A DNA stretch of 64,000 nucleotides from Senegalimassilia sp. (GTDB taxonomy: Bacteria > Bacillota > Clostridia > Lachnospirales > Lachnospiraceae). Positions 1 to 11,721 of this stretch are shown one piece after another. The notes under the pieces were generated by a model. It did no database searches. It worked only from the letters and a program-made list of their open reading frames with translations, and was not told the DNA's origin. The position numbers and the translations under genes are program-made. The stretch's first letter is position 1; each line of letters opens with the position of its first letter. Location: positions 2,769-66,768 of the forward strand of contig CAVKUD010000001.1 of assembly GCA_963659315.1 (NCBI GenBank). Reading direction: 5' to 3'.

Positions 1-2250
1 GGCAAAGACGTAGTAATCAACGCACCTGATGCATTGGAAGCAGTAAAAAGTAAAACTGGAAAAGAAGTAACTGTAGATGAAGCAAAGCAAAACACTATTG
101 CGTATGGTATCTTAAGAGATCACAATACATCTGGAAATATGGACAAGCTCCAGATCAAATTTGACAAGCTGACCTCACATGATATTACATTCGTAGGAAT
201 TATCCAGACAGCCAGAGCTTCTGGACTTGAAAAATTCCCAATTCCTTATGTTTTGACAAACTGCCACAACAGTCTCTGTGCTGTAGGCGGAACTATAAAT
301 GAAGATGACCACATGTTTGGACTTACATGTGCCAAGAAATACGGTGGAATCTATGTACCACCTCATCAGGCAGTAATCCATCAGTTTGCAAGAGAGATGC
401 TTGCAGGCGGCGGCAAAATGATACTTGGTTCTGATTCCCATACCCGTTATGGAGCACTTGGAACAATGGCAGTTGGAGAGGGTGGACCAGAGCTTGTAAA
501 GCAGCTTCTTGAGCAGACTTATGATATCGACAGACCAGAGGTAGTAGGTATCTATCTCACAGGAGAGCCAATAAAGGGCGTAGGACCACAGGATATTGCC
601 CTTGCAATCATTGGGGAAGTATTCGGCAACGGATTTGTAAAAAATAAAGTAATGGAATTCGTAGGACCAGGCGTATCTAACTTAAGCGTAGATTTCCGTA
701 TCGGTGTTGATGTAATGACTACAGAGACCACCTGTCTTTCATCAATCTGGAGAACAGATGACAAGGTAAAGGAATTCTATGAGATTCATGGACGTGAAGA
801 GGACTATGAGGAGCTTAATCCAGGCGAGATTGCCTACTATGACAGCTTTATCGAGATTGATTTGAGCCAGATTCGTCCAATGATAGCTATGCCATTCCAT
901 CCAAGCAACACCTACACAATAGATGAGCTTAATGCAAACCTTATGGATATTCTCGATGACTGCGAGAAGAGAGCAGAGGTAAGCTTTGATGGCAAGGTTA
1001 AGCTTGATTTAAAGAGCAAGGTAAGAAATGGAAAATTATATGTAGACCAGGGAATTATCGCCGGCTGTGCAGGTGGTGGATTTGAGAATATCTGTGATGC
1101 AGCAGACATCTTAAAGGGCACATCAATTGGAGCAGACGAGTTCACCTTAAGTGTATATCCAGCGTCTACACCTATATATATGGAGCTTGTAAAGAATGGA
1201 GCAGTTGCTAACCTCCTTGCAACAGGAGCAATCGTAAAGACTGCCTTCTGCGGACCATGCTTCGGTGCAGGAGACACACCTGCAAATAACGCATTCTCTA
1301 TCCGTCATTCAACCAGAAACTTCCCTAACAGAGAGGGTTCTAAGGTTCAGAACGGACAGATTAGCTCAGTTGCACTTATGGATGCACGTTCAATCGCTGC
1401 AACAGCAGCAAACAAAGGATATCTGACATCAGCTACAGAGATTGATGTGGAATATACAAAACCAAAATATTTCTTTGACAAGACAATATACGAGAACCGT
1501 GTATTTGACAGTCATGGTGTGGCAGACCCAAGTGTTGAGATTCAGTTTGGACCAAACATCAAGGATTGGCCTGCAATGAGTGCCCTTCCAGAGAATATGG
1601 TATTAAAGGTTGTATCAGAGATTCATGATCCTGTTACAACAACAGATGAGCTTATTCCATCAGGAGAGACATCATCATACCGCTCAAACCCACTTGGACT
1701 TGCAGAGTTTGCACTTTCAAGAAAGGATCCTGAGTATGTTGGAAGAGCCAAGGAAATCCAGAAGGCACAGAAGGCTATCGAAGCTGGTCAGTGCGCAGGA
1801 GAGGCTGTTCCAGAGTTAAAGGAGATTATGGGAGTTGTAAAATCACAGTTCCCGGATGTATGTCATGACAATATCGGATTTGGAAGCACAATATTTGCTG
1901 TAAAGCCAGGTGATGGCTCAGCCCGAGAGCAGGCTGCATCCTGCCAGAAGGTACTTGGCGGATGGGCAAATATTGCAAACGAATATGCGACCAAGAGATA
2001 CCGTTCAAACCTTATCAACTGGGGAATGTTACCATTTATCATTGATGAGGGAGAGCTGCCATTTAAGAATCTTGATTATATTTTCCTCCCAGGCATCCGT
2101 CAGGCGATTGCTGACAGCAAGACTGAGTTTGAGGCATATGTAGTAAAGGATGGCAGATTAAATCCATTTACACTTAAGATGGGCGAGCTTACACCAGATG
2201 AAAGAGAAATCATTTTAAAGGGATGTCTGATAAATTATAACCGTAAGTAG
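1..2250 (+). CDS. Aconitase-family hydratase (YbhJ-like), 5' end cut by window edge
   Basis: Frame open from base 1; [20 protein letters not shown] and FCGPCFG Fe-S cysteine motifs; C-terminal swivel domain TTTDELIP / GSAREQA. Confidence 0.85.
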   Translation, partial: GKDVVINAPDALEAVKSKTGKEVTVDEAKQNTIAYGILRDHNTSGNMDKLQIKFDKLTSHDITFVGIIQTARASGLEKFPIPYVLTNCHNSLCAVGGTINEDDHMFGLTCAKKYGGIYVPPHQAVIHQFAREMLAGGGKMILGSDSHTRYGALGTMAVGEGGPELVKQLLEQTYDIDRPEVVGIYLTGEPIKGVGPQDIALAIIGEVFGNGFVKNKVMEFVGPGVSNLSVDFRIGVDVMTTETTCLSSIWRTDDKVKEFYEIHGREEDYEELNPGEIAYYDSFIEIDLSQIRPMIAMPFHPSNTYTIDELNANLMDILDDCEKRAEVSFDGKVKLDLKSKVRNGKLYVDQGIIAGCAGGGFENICDAADILKGTSIGADEFTLSVYPASTPIYMELVKNGAVANLLATGAIVKTAFCGPCFGAGDTPANNAFSIRHSTRNFPNREGSKVQNGQISSVALMDARSIAATAANKGYLTSATEIDVEYTKPKYFFDKTIYENRVFDSHGVADPSVEIQFGPNIKDWPAMSALPENMVLKVVSEIHDPVTTTDELIPSGETSSYRSNPLGLAEFALSRKDPEYVGRAKEIQKAQKAIEAGQCAGEAVPELKEIMGVVKSQFPDVCHDNIGFGSTIFAVKPGDGSAREQAASCQKVLGGWANIANEYATKRYRSNLINWGMLPFIIDEGELPFKNLDYIFLPGIRQAIADSKTEFEAYVVKDGRLNPFTLKMGELTPDEREIILKGCLINYNRK

Positions 2251-2261
2251 GAGGCTCATGC

Positions 2262-3533
2262 ATGGACGACGAGAAAAAGGACAAGCAGAACAACAGGAAT
2301 GAATGGATGCACATGGTCAGAATCGGCACAACAGTCTTTGTGACCTTTGTGCTGTGTATCCTCTTCTTCTTTGTGATTTATAGGTATCAGGGCTTTGCAG
2401 ATGGCTGGAACAAGATAATCAGTGCCTTACAGCCGATTATCATCGGACTGGTGCTTGCCTATATCTTAAATCCTGTTATGTTGTTTTTGCAGGAGAAAAA
2501 TTATACGTTTTTCTCACAAAAGATAAAAAAGCAAAAAACTGCGGAGAAGCTGTCGAGAGGACTTGCTGTGACAGCCTGTATATTTATCATTCTTGGATTT
2601 ATAGGCTTGTTGATTGCGGCGATTGTACCATCACTTATATCTAGTGTGACAAACCTTATAACCAGTCTGCCGTCAGATGTCAAGACCCTGATAGATGCCA
2701 TCCAGAATGGTGTATTGGGAGACAGCGAGGTGGCGGCAAAAGCCAGTGAGATTATCCAGTCACTGACAGACTATGTGGAGGATTTCGCACAGAACAAGCT
2801 GCTTCCAGAGGCACAGACCTATATAGCAGAGCTGACATCAGGTGTGATTTCACTGGTAAAGGGTGTCCTCAATTTCATAATCGGTATCATTGTAATGGTA
2901 TACGTTATGGCGATTCAGGAAACGCTTACCGGACAGAGCAAGAAAATAATTTATTCTATTTTTAAGCCTAAGACAGGAAACATAATTATTGAGACCTGCC
3001 AGAAGGCAAGTGAGATTTTTGGTGGATTTATCACTGGAAAAATCATAGATTCGATAATAATTGGAATAATAGCATATATAGGCTGTCTGATACTGAGAAT
3101 CCCATCTGCTGTGCTGGTAGCAGTGATTGTAGGTGTGACAAATGTGATTCCTGTATTTGGACCATTTATAGGTGCGATTCCAAGCTTGATTATCGTTGTT
3201 TTACAGAGCCCATTGCATGCACTGTATCTGCTGATTTTCATTATTATTCTTCAGCAGGTAGATGGTAACATTATAGGACCAAAGATTCTTGGCTCATCAA
3301 CAGGTTTGTCATCATTCTGGGTAATGTTTGCAATCCTTGTGGGTGGAGGCTGCTTTGGATTTATCGGAATGTTACTTGGAGTGCCGGTTTTTGCAGTTAT
3401 ATATTATATAATCCGCAGACTTGTAAACCACTCTCTCAGAAAGAAAAACCTTCCAGAGCGTACAAAAGAGTATGTGGAAGTGATTGCTGTAAATGAGAAG
3501 AGTAATAAGCTGATATATAAGGATAAGCAATAG
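2262..3533 (+). CDS. AI-2E family (PerM-like) transporter
   Basis: Multiple hydrophobic helices; NVIPVFGPFIG and QQVDGNIIGPKILG family motifs. Confidence 0.85.
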   Translation: MDDEKKDKQNNRNEWMHMVRIGTTVFVTFVLCILFFFVIYRYQGFADGWNKIISALQPIIIGLVLAYILNPVMLFLQEKNYTFFSQKIKKQKTAEKLSRGLAVTACIFIILGFIGLLIAAIVPSLISSVTNLITSLPSDVKTLIDAIQNGVLGDSEVAAKASEIIQSLTDYVEDFAQNKLLPEAQTYIAELTSGVISLVKGVLNFIIGIIVMVYVMAIQETLTGQSKKIIYSIFKPKTGNIIIETCQKASEIFGGFITGKIIDSIIIGIIAYIGCLILRIPSAVLVAVIVGVTNVIPVFGPFIGAIPSLIIVVLQSPLHALYLLIFIIILQQVDGNIIGPKILGSSTGLSSFWVMFAILVGGGCFGFIGMLLGVPVFAVIYYIIRRLVNHSLRKKNLPERTKEYVEVIAVNEKSNKLIYKDKQ

Positions 3534-3534
3534 T

Positions 3535-3570
3535 TAGAAAAGCACTGATTTTTTTCAGTGCTTTTTTTCT
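3535..3570 (+). terminator. Intrinsic terminator
   Basis: AAAAGCACTGA-loop-TCAGTGCTTTT hairpin with T tract right after the stop codon. Confidence 0.8.
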
Positions 3571-3647
3571 AAGTTTTTTGACATCTATATTTGCCTATGT
3601 TACACTAAAACTAGATTATTGTAACTAATTTTAGACTATATATTGAG

Positions 3648-6512
3648 GTGGCACAGTTGGATAAATATGAATACAATCTAAAGATAGATCAAATGAAAAG
3701 TCTGTTTGCAGAGGAGAATTATGAGGCTGCGGCAGAACTGGCTGACACGATCAATTGGAATAAAATAAAAAATGTAAATGCTCTTGTCAAGGCAGGAGAA
3801 GTATACGACAAGGCGGAGCGCTATCAGGACAGCAGGGATGTGCTTCTGATGGCATATGACCGCTCACCTATAGGCAGGATGATTATATATCGTCTGGCAG
3901 AGGTGGCTATCAAGATGAAGGACTTGTCTGCCGCAAACGAGTACTACGAGGAATTTGTAAAAATCGCTCCCCATGACAATATGAAATATGTGCTCAGGTA
4001 TAATATAAAAAAGGCACAGGGAGCTTCCTATGATGAGCTGATACCTATATTGGAGGAGTTCAAGGATCAGGAGTACACAGAGGAATGGGCATACGAGCTG
4101 GCTTATCTCTACCACAAGGCTGGCATGAGCGACAAGTGTATTGACGCCTGTGATGAGCTGATTCTCTGGTTTGGTGATGGCCCATATGTGGAGAGAGCCC
4201 TTGAGCTTAAGATGCTCTATCAGCCTCTCACCAAGACTCAGGAGAGCAAATACAGAAAATTCCGACAGGAAAAAGAAGGAATGACAGAAATTGGCGAGGA
4301 GGAGATGAAGCGGGCTGGTGAGTTTGTCCATGACCCGGTTGTTATCCCACAGGTCGCTGTAAATGAGAAATTTAACACTGTCAACTTACAGGAAGAAATT
4401 GTAAAAGGCATGCAGCAGATTATGGATGCGACAGAGAAGGAAACCGTGTCTGATACAATGGATAATATAAAGAAAATGGTAGAGGATATCCCTTATCTCC
4501 AGCTCCCTAAGGACGAGGAGGCTGAGCTTGACAGGGAGCACCTCAAGACAGAGGAAGAGATTGACGGTTCGCTCAAGATAAATTTTCAGGAAATGATTGG
4601 TGAGGACTATGATGGTCAGATGAGCTTTATGGTGGATGATAAAGCCATGGTTGAGAGACAGATAACCGGTCAGATGAGCATACAGGATGTCCTTGAAGAG
4701 TGGGAAAAGACAAAGCGTGCCGCTGAGACAGCCCTGCAGGAGGCTGAGCAGAAGAGACTTGAGTCTGCAAAGGCAAGAGCCTTACAGGAAGCTGACAGCA
4801 TCATGAACAGACTTACTGGTGCCATGCCAAAGCTGGATGAGGGAGTATCGCCTCATGAGCTTTTGGCAGAGCAGTATATGCAGGGTGAGGATTTACCAGA
4901 AGAGGAGTTAACAAGTGCTCCAGAGCATATGATTTCTGATATGGAGGAGCTTACAGCTCCTGATAATAATATGGAAGCCGGGGATGAGCTGAAGATTGAT
5001 GAGTTAATCCCAGATGTACCAGAGACATATGGCATACCAAGACCAGTTACTGTGGCACCAGGACTTGTGCCAGAAGCCGGAGCGGTGCCTGATATGGAGC
5101 TGCCAGGCATAGATGCAATGTCTGGGACTGGGGACTTGCCAGAGGCAGGACTTCAGGATATGGGACTAGCCGATGGGGAAGCGTCAGAGCTTGATGCAGT
5201 GCCACAGAACGAAGTGTTACCAGAGACAGATGTGATGTCCCAGACAGGAACAATACCAGAGGCAGAAGTGCTACCAGAGATAAGCCTGCCAGAAGATATA
5301 GCAGAGGAAGTGGAGCCAACATCAGAGGCAGAAATAATGTCCCAGACAGGAAGACTGCCAGAGACAGAGGTGCTTCCAGAGGTAGGTCTGCCAGAAGATA
5401 TAGCAGAGGAGCTTGAGCCAACATCAGAGGTAGATGTAATGTCCCAGACAGGAACAATGCCAGAGACAGAAGTGCTTCCAGAGATAGGCCTGCCAGAAGA
5501 CATGGCAGAGGAGCTTGAGCCATCAGCACAGGCAGAAGCAGAAGAAATCAAACAGGACAATCAGGGTGCAACCATGGTTCTCCCAAGCCTTGATGAAATA
5601 AAGGCAGCACGGGAGGAGCGCAAGGAGGATTTAGGAGCCACAAAGAGAATTCCTGACGTAAAGCATCGCACCCAGAGAATGCCGGAGATAACACTGCCAG
5701 AGGATTTGGATATACCAGATGAAGTACCAGAGATAAAGCATTTTGATGAGCTGACAGACGACCAGAAAGCCATTTTCTCATATTTTGTACCAGTAAAGGG
5801 CATGGAGGATCAGCTTTGCAAGGTTATAAACGGGGTATCATCACACCTTATCAAAAAGGAATCTGCAAGACTTGGAAATATCATAATTCAGGGAGACCAG
5901 GGCTGTGGCAAGACAATGCTTGCGACCAGCTTAATCAAAGTATTACAGAAGGAAACTGGCATGCCAAATGGCAAGGTAGGAAAGATTGATGCAGCATCCC
6001 TTAATGCAAAGGATGTACAGCAGCTTGTCAGAAAGGTATCAGGTGGCTGTCTGATAGTGGAGAAGGCAGGAGATATTGACAGAAAGACAGCAGCATCCCT
6101 TTCATTTTTGATGGAGCATGATATAACAGGAACCCTGTATATATTTGAGGATACATCAAAGGGAATAAAGAAGGCATTGTCTCAGGAGCCGGGACTTGTG
6201 TCTAAGTTTACAGAGACTGTTACAGTGCCGATTTTCACAAATGATGAATTAGTATCCTTTGCCAAGTCATATTCTGCAGAGCTTGGCTATAAAATAGATG
6301 ATATGGCAGTACTTGCGCTTTACAACAGGATAAGCAATATTCAGAAGTATGACCAGGCAACTACCCTTACAGAGGTCAAGGACATAGTTGATGAGGCGAT
6401 TGAGAGAGAGGCTCATGGAGGACTGAGGAAGGCTATTAGTATTCTGACTGCAAAGCGTTATACAGAGGATGACAGAATCGTATTAACAGAGGCTAATTTC
6501 GATTTGAAATAA
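3648..6512 (+). CDS. TPR-repeat protein with acidic linker and C-terminal AAA-like P-loop domain
   Basis: N-terminal TPR-like helices; GDQGCGKT Walker A; acidic repetitive middle. Confidence 0.7.
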   Translation: MAQLDKYEYNLKIDQMKSLFAEENYEAAAELADTINWNKIKNVNALVKAGEVYDKAERYQDSRDVLLMAYDRSPIGRMIIYRLAEVAIKMKDLSAANEYYEEFVKIAPHDNMKYVLRYNIKKAQGASYDELIPILEEFKDQEYTEEWAYELAYLYHKAGMSDKCIDACDELILWFGDGPYVERALELKMLYQPLTKTQESKYRKFRQEKEGMTEIGEEEMKRAGEFVHDPVVIPQVAVNEKFNTVNLQEEIVKGMQQIMDATEKETVSDTMDNIKKMVEDIPYLQLPKDEEAELDREHLKTEEEIDGSLKINFQEMIGEDYDGQMSFMVDDKAMVERQITGQMSIQDVLEEWEKTKRAAETALQEAEQKRLESAKARALQEADSIMNRLTGAMPKLDEGVSPHELLAEQYMQGEDLPEEELTSAPEHMISDMEELTAPDNNMEAGDELKIDELIPDVPETYGIPRPVTVAPGLVPEAGAVPDMELPGIDAMSGTGDLPEAGLQDMGLADGEASELDAVPQNEVLPETDVMSQTGTIPEAEVLPEISLPEDIAEEVEPTSEAEIMSQTGRLPETEVLPEVGLPEDIAEELEPTSEVDVMSQTGTMPETEVLPEIGLPEDMAEELEPSAQAEAEEIKQDNQGATMVLPSLDEIKAAREERKEDLGATKRIPDVKHRTQRMPEITLPEDLDIPDEVPEIKHFDELTDDQKAIFSYFVPVKGMEDQLCKVINGVSSHLIKKESARLGNIIIQGDQGCGKTMLATSLIKVLQKETGMPNGKVGKIDAASLNAKDVQQLVRKVSGGCLIVEKAGDIDRKTAASLSFLMEHDITGTLYIFEDTSKGIKKALSQEPGLVSKFTETVTVPIFTNDELVSFAKSYSAELGYKIDDMAVLALYNRISNIQKYDQATTLTEVKDIVDEAIEREAHGGLRKAISILTAKRYTEDDRIVLTEANFDLK
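5222..5527 (+). repeat. Three 102-bp (34-aa) in-frame tandem repeats
   Basis: ATGTCCCAGACAGG recurs at 5235, 5337 and 5439; unit approx. DVMSQTGTIPEAEVLPEISLPEDIAEEVEPTSEA. Confidence 0.9.
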
Positions 6513-6529
6513 AAATGTGGAGGGGAACT

Positions 6530-8434
6530 ATGAGTAATTTTACAGATATGGATTGCTACCTGTTCGGACAGGCAACCCATTACGACATCTACAAAAAAAT
6601 GGGAGCACACCCAATGAAACAGAAGGGTGTAGACGGAGTATGCTTTGATGTATGGGCACCGAATGCAGACAGGGTGTATGTCATCGGAGATTTCAACGAC
6701 TGGAACGAGACATCACACCAGATGGTGAGAGTTGAGCCTGTCACAATGGGAGTATACGAATTATTCATACCAAAGGTCAAGCTGGGAAATATGTATAAGT
6801 TTCTCATTATAGACCAAAATGGGGAGAAGCATTACAAGGCAGACCCATATGCCAACTATGCCCAGAAGAGACCAGAGACAGCGTCTATTGTCACCGACAT
6901 ATCAAAGTTTAAGTGGTCTGATGCTGCATGGATGGAGAAACGTGCAGAGATGGGTAAGGATGGAGTGTATTCAAGTCCAATCGCTATATACGAGGTACAT
7001 CCAGGCTCATGGATGAGACATCCGGGACGGGAGGATGATGGATTTTACACTTACAGGGAGCTGGCAAAGAGCCTGATTGATTATGTCAAGAAAATGGGCT
7101 ATACACATATTGAGCTGATGGGTATATCAGAATATCCATATGATGGCTCATGGGGCTATCAGGTAACAGGCTACTATGCACCTACATCCCGTTATGGCAC
7201 ACCGGAGGATTTTGCCTATCTGGTAAACCAGTGCCATAAGAACAAAATCGGCGTGATTCTTGACTGGGTACCAGCGCATTTTCCAAAGGATGCACACGGA
7301 CTGGCAGAATTTGATGGCACCAGATTATACGAATATCCAGACCCAAGAAAGGGAGAGCATCCTGACTGGGGCACAAAGATATTCAATTATGAGAAAAATG
7401 AAGTGAAAAACTTCCTTATAGGAAGTGCTCTTATGTGGATAGAGAACTATCATATTGATGGACTCAGGGTGGATGCGGTTGCATCTATGCTCTATCTGGA
7501 TTATGGCAAGGAAAACGGACAGTGGATTCCTAATAAGTATGGTGGAAATAAAAATCTTGAGGCGATAGAATTCTTCAAGCACATCAATACACTGATTCTT
7601 GGCAGAAACCCGGGAACAATGATGATTGCAGAGGAATCAACAGCCTGGCCAAAGGTTACAGGCAGGGTCGAGGATGACGGACTTAACTTCAGCTTCAAAT
7701 GGAATATGGGCTGGATGAATGACTTCCTTGATTATATGAAGCTCGACCCATATTTCAGGAAAAATAATCACAACAAGATGACTTTTGCCATGAGCTACAA
7801 TGAGAGTGAAAAATACATACTGGTATTGTCGCATGACGAAGTGGTTCACCTGAAATGCTCAATGCTCAACAAGATGCCTGGACTTGAGGAGGACAAGTAC
7901 AAAAATCTCATGGCAGGCTATGCCTTTATGATGGGACACAGCGGTAAGAAGCTCCTCTTTATGGGACAGGATTTTGCCCAGGAGAAGGAGTGGAGCGAGG
8001 CGAGAGAGCTTGACTGGTACCTGCTTGAGAATCCAAACCATCAGAAGATACAGGACTGGGTGAAGGAGCTGCTTCACTTATACCGCAAGAATCCATGTCT
8101 CTATGAGCTTGACCATAGCTGGGATGGCTTTGAGTGGATTAATGCAAATGACGCAGACCGAAGCATTTTCAGCTTTGTGAGAAAGAGCATTGATGGCAAA
8201 AACAATATGCTTTTTGTAATCAACTTTACACCAGTGGCAAGAGACGACTACAGGGTAGGTGTTCCAAAAAATAAGACCTACAAGCTGGTCTTAAACAGCG
8301 AGGATCCTAAATTTGGCGGAAAAGACACAGACAGACAGGTAAGCTACAAGGCAGTAAAGCAGGAGTGTGATGGAAGAGAGTACTCTTTTGCATATCCTCT
8401 TCCAGCTTATGGAGTTGCGGTGTTCAAGTATTAA
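6530..8434 (+). CDS. glgB: 1,4-alpha-glucan branching enzyme
   Basis: VWAPNA, SWGYQVTGYYAPTSRYG, DWVPAHFP, GLRVDAVASMLY and LSHDEVVH motifs; start placed at ATG 6530 after GGAGG. Confidence 0.95.
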   Translation: MSNFTDMDCYLFGQATHYDIYKKMGAHPMKQKGVDGVCFDVWAPNADRVYVIGDFNDWNETSHQMVRVEPVTMGVYELFIPKVKLGNMYKFLIIDQNGEKHYKADPYANYAQKRPETASIVTDISKFKWSDAAWMEKRAEMGKDGVYSSPIAIYEVHPGSWMRHPGREDDGFYTYRELAKSLIDYVKKMGYTHIELMGISEYPYDGSWGYQVTGYYAPTSRYGTPEDFAYLVNQCHKNKIGVILDWVPAHFPKDAHGLAEFDGTRLYEYPDPRKGEHPDWGTKIFNYEKNEVKNFLIGSALMWIENYHIDGLRVDAVASMLYLDYGKENGQWIPNKYGGNKNLEAIEFFKHINTLILGRNPGTMMIAEESTAWPKVTGRVEDDGLNFSFKWNMGWMNDFLDYMKLDPYFRKNNHNKMTFAMSYNESEKYILVLSHDEVVHLKCSMLNKMPGLEEDKYKNLMAGYAFMMGHSGKKLLFMGQDFAQEKEWSEARELDWYLLENPNHQKIQDWVKELLHLYRKNPCLYELDHSWDGFEWINANDADRSIFSFVRKSIDGKNNMLFVINFTPVARDDYRVGVPKNKTYKLVLNSEDPKFGGKDTDRQVSYKAVKQECDGREYSFAYPLPAYGVAVFKY

Positions 8435-8607
8435 ATTGAATATATCATCTGTATTTAGAAATACATCCCATGAATTTGGGGTGTATTTTTTTGTGCAATA
8501 AACCGATATAGATATAGAAGCGTTGCTGTAGATAATCAGCCACAGGCAGTTTATCCTGCATGCTAAGTTATAAAGTATGAAGCATAAATAATAGGTGAGG
8601 AAAAATT

Positions 8608-11600
8608 TTGATAGATATAAGAGAAAAGGTCGGAAAATCAATAGAGAGTAAATCAATAGAAAATTACTACAAGAGCAGCTCTGATTCATCAGTCAGGGTC
8701 ATAACTGATACTACAAAGAAGGAATCCTATGTGAAAAACAAGGATTCTGTAAATGTAGACATGTCAGATTCTCTGTATACAAGACCTAATGGCATAAACA
8801 ACGGTGAAACAGTTGCAGACCAGTTGATGCAGGGAAATGAGCTGGATGCACAGACAAGGCAGGATCAGATGATAGTCCTGTCAAATACCACATCAGAAGA
8901 GGACTATAAAAAGCTGCAGGAGGATGGATTTTCCCTGACAGATACAGACAGCCAGACCATAATTACAGAAACTGATAAGATAAAGGCTGTACTGGCTAAG
9001 GCTGGTGTGGATGTGTCAGCATATGGGGATGACCTGGATGAGGAAACCTTAAAGGAAATCACTGGCAGTGACGCCCTTGCTTCTATGATAATGCAGACTC
9101 TTAAACAGAATGACATTCCTCTGACAGAGGAGAATGTAAGCCAGACCGAGACTGCCTACAATCAGGCTGTAAACATGGGAAGCATCAGTGAGGATGCGGC
9201 AGCCTATGTTTTAAAAAATGGTGAGGAGCCGACCATAGATAATCTCTACAAGGCTAATTACAGTGGAGCAGGAGAGCCAGACCAGCTGACAGATGATGAG
9301 TTTAACCAGCTCAAAAACCAGCTGTCAGATATAATAGCGGATGCTGGCTTAGAGGAAAATGACAAGACCTATGATAATTGCAGATGGCTTATAGAAAACA
9401 ATATAGCAGTGACAGGGGACAATCTCAGGTATCTTGAGAAGCTGCAAATGCTTATGAATGGAGAGCTGCCAGATGACCAGGCTGTGCTTGGTGCAATAGC
9501 TGATGCTATATCAGAGGGAAAGCGTCCGGGTGATGCCATGCTGATAGACGGCTATTCCATGACAGATAAGGCAGAAAATGCAAAAGCTGTAATAGATGAC
9601 GCAACCTCTGAAAATATAGCCTACCTTGTGGAGAATAATCAGGAAATAAATATAAAAAATCTGGAGCTTGCAGAGAAGAATAATCTCACAGCACCGGTAG
9701 ATGACCAGAATCAGGCTCAGATAAAGGCAAGAAGACAGCTTGAGGAGACTCGTCTTGCCATGACAACAGAGGCAAACCTTGCCCTTCTCAAAAAAGGAAT
9801 ATCTATTGATACAAAGCCTTTGGAGGAGCTGGTTCAGAGCTTAAAGGAGCAGGAAAATGCCTACTATGAGAATTTGTTAAACAGTAATGACGTCCCTGCA
9901 ACAGAGGAGAATGTAAGTACATTTAGGGCCACAACAGAGTATGTAGATGCGTTAAAGCATGCTCCAGCATATGCCTTAAATCTCTCAAGTGCAGATGAAA
10001 GCTTAGGAGAAATAGCTGACAGGGCAGGAAATGTTGAGGATAAGCTAAAAAAAGCCAACCAGAGCTATGAGACCATGATGACCACACCTAGAAGCGATTT
10101 GGGTGACAGCATGGCAAAGGCATTTTCAAATGTGGATGACATACTAAGGGATCTGGGGCTTGATGTAAACAAATCAAACCAGAGGGCGGTAAGAATCCTT
10201 GCCTACAATGAGCTGGATATAAATGCAGAAAACATTGAGAAAATCAAGGCTGTGGATGAGGAAGTACAGAGGGCTTTTTCAAATCTGACACCAAAGACCA
10301 CGCTTGAGATGATAAGGCAGGGAATACAGCCTTTAGATATGACAATATCAGAGCTTAATGATGCGGCTACAGAGATAAAGCAGACCACAGATGAAGACGA
10401 CAATGAGAGATTCAGCAAATACCTCTGGAAGCTGGAGCAAAACAAGGAGATTACAGAGGAGGAGCGCTCATCTTATATAGGAATATACAGGCTCATAGCC
10501 CAGGTGGAGAAAACAGATGGAGCAGTGATTGGCTCACTGATTAATCAGGGAGCAGATGTTACCATGAAAAATCTCCTGACAGCCGTCCGCAATCAGAAGA
10601 AGGCGGGAATGGACTACACCATAGACGATAATTTTGAAGGTGTAAGTGCAAAGACCAGTGGCAGTAAAATTGATGAGCAGATAAATACTGCATATCAGAC
10701 AAATGTCTCATATCAGGCAAATGTTGTCTCTGATATAATGGATGTCATAAATCCGGAAGCCCTCAATAATCTGGAAGATAAATGGGAGGATATGACCCCT
10801 GAGGAGTTTAAGGAGGCTTTAAGTGAGCTGGAGGACACTCAGGAGGACACTTATGTAAAGCAGCAGCTTGCAGATTACAGAGAGGAGATTGCCTCAGCAG
10901 GCGATATATATGCTTATCTGGACAGATACGACATCAAGAATTCGCTGATAAACATTATGTCTGAGTCGAAATATATCCGCCGGCCTAATAAGCTGATGGA
11001 GGAGCTGTGGAGCGAGGAAGGACTTTCTGCGGATTCTCTTGATAAAATCAGATGGATGAAGGAAGAGCTGTTGGAGAGATTCGGGGAGGCAGTAAAGACT
11101 CCTGAGGAGATGGCTGATGCCCAGGAAGCTCTGGCAGATGTAGCTACCAATGTCATGAAAACCATGATAAATGAGAATGACAAAATTACAGCCAGAGACT
11201 TAAAGGAGCTTCGCCTCATGAATAATCAGTTCAGCCTCTTTACCCAGAAAGCCAAAGAGGAGAGCTATATGATTCCTGTGCAGACTGGTGATGATGTGAC
11301 AGGAGTATCCCTTAAGGTCATAAGAGGAAAGGAAGACAAGGGACTGGTAGACATCTTCTTCAGAGGAGAGATGATGGGCAAGGTGGCAGCAGCCTTTGAA
11401 GCCAAGGAGGATGGAATATCAGGTGTGATTGCAACAAGCGACGAGGAGACAAGACAGCTTCTGTCAGATAATCTGGGACTCTTTGCAGGCAGCCTTAACA
11501 ATGATGGAAAAGAGTCTGTTGATTTAAGAGTTGCACTTATTCCTGATTTATCGTCTGAAAAGTTTGAAGCCTCATCTCTTCAAAAGGAATTAAGCATTGA

Positions 11601-11703
11601 AAAGGATGAGACATCAAACAAGGAAAATACTGTGCAGACCAGCAGGCTTTATCATGTGGCAGAGGGATTTATCCAGACTGTTTCGGAGTTGTTCAATATA
11701 TAA
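8608..11703 (+). CDS. Large acidic flagellar-associated protein (FliK/DUF6240-like)
   Basis: Long acidic ORF; C-terminal FliK-like beta region; resembles Lachnospiraceae hook-length-control-like proteins. Confidence 0.55.
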   Translation: MIDIREKVGKSIESKSIENYYKSSSDSSVRVITDTTKKESYVKNKDSVNVDMSDSLYTRPNGINNGETVADQLMQGNELDAQTRQDQMIVLSNTTSEEDYKKLQEDGFSLTDTDSQTIITETDKIKAVLAKAGVDVSAYGDDLDEETLKEITGSDALASMIMQTLKQNDIPLTEENVSQTETAYNQAVNMGSISEDAAAYVLKNGEEPTIDNLYKANYSGAGEPDQLTDDEFNQLKNQLSDIIADAGLEENDKTYDNCRWLIENNIAVTGDNLRYLEKLQMLMNGELPDDQAVLGAIADAISEGKRPGDAMLIDGYSMTDKAENAKAVIDDATSENIAYLVENNQEINIKNLELAEKNNLTAPVDDQNQAQIKARRQLEETRLAMTTEANLALLKKGISIDTKPLEELVQSLKEQENAYYENLLNSNDVPATEENVSTFRATTEYVDALKHAPAYALNLSSADESLGEIADRAGNVEDKLKKANQSYETMMTTPRSDLGDSMAKAFSNVDDILRDLGLDVNKSNQRAVRILAYNELDINAENIEKIKAVDEEVQRAFSNLTPKTTLEMIRQGIQPLDMTISELNDAATEIKQTTDEDDNERFSKYLWKLEQNKEITEEERSSYIGIYRLIAQVEKTDGAVIGSLINQGADVTMKNLLTAVRNQKKAGMDYTIDDNFEGVSAKTSGSKIDEQINTAYQTNVSYQANVVSDIMDVINPEALNNLEDKWEDMTPEEFKEALSELEDTQEDTYVKQQLADYREEIASAGDIYAYLDRYDIKNSLINIMSESKYIRRPNKLMEELWSEEGLSADSLDKIRWMKEELLERFGEAVKTPEEMADAQEALADVATNVMKTMINENDKITARDLKELRLMNNQFSLFTQKAKEESYMIPVQTGDDVTGVSLKVIRGKEDKGLVDIFFRGEMMGKVAAAFEAKEDGISGVIATSDEETRQLLSDNLGLFAGSLNNDGKESVDLRVALIPDLSSEKFEASSLQKELSIEKDETSNKENTVQTSRLYHVAEGFIQTVSELFNI

Positions 11704-11721
11704 TTAACTCAATTTCCTACA

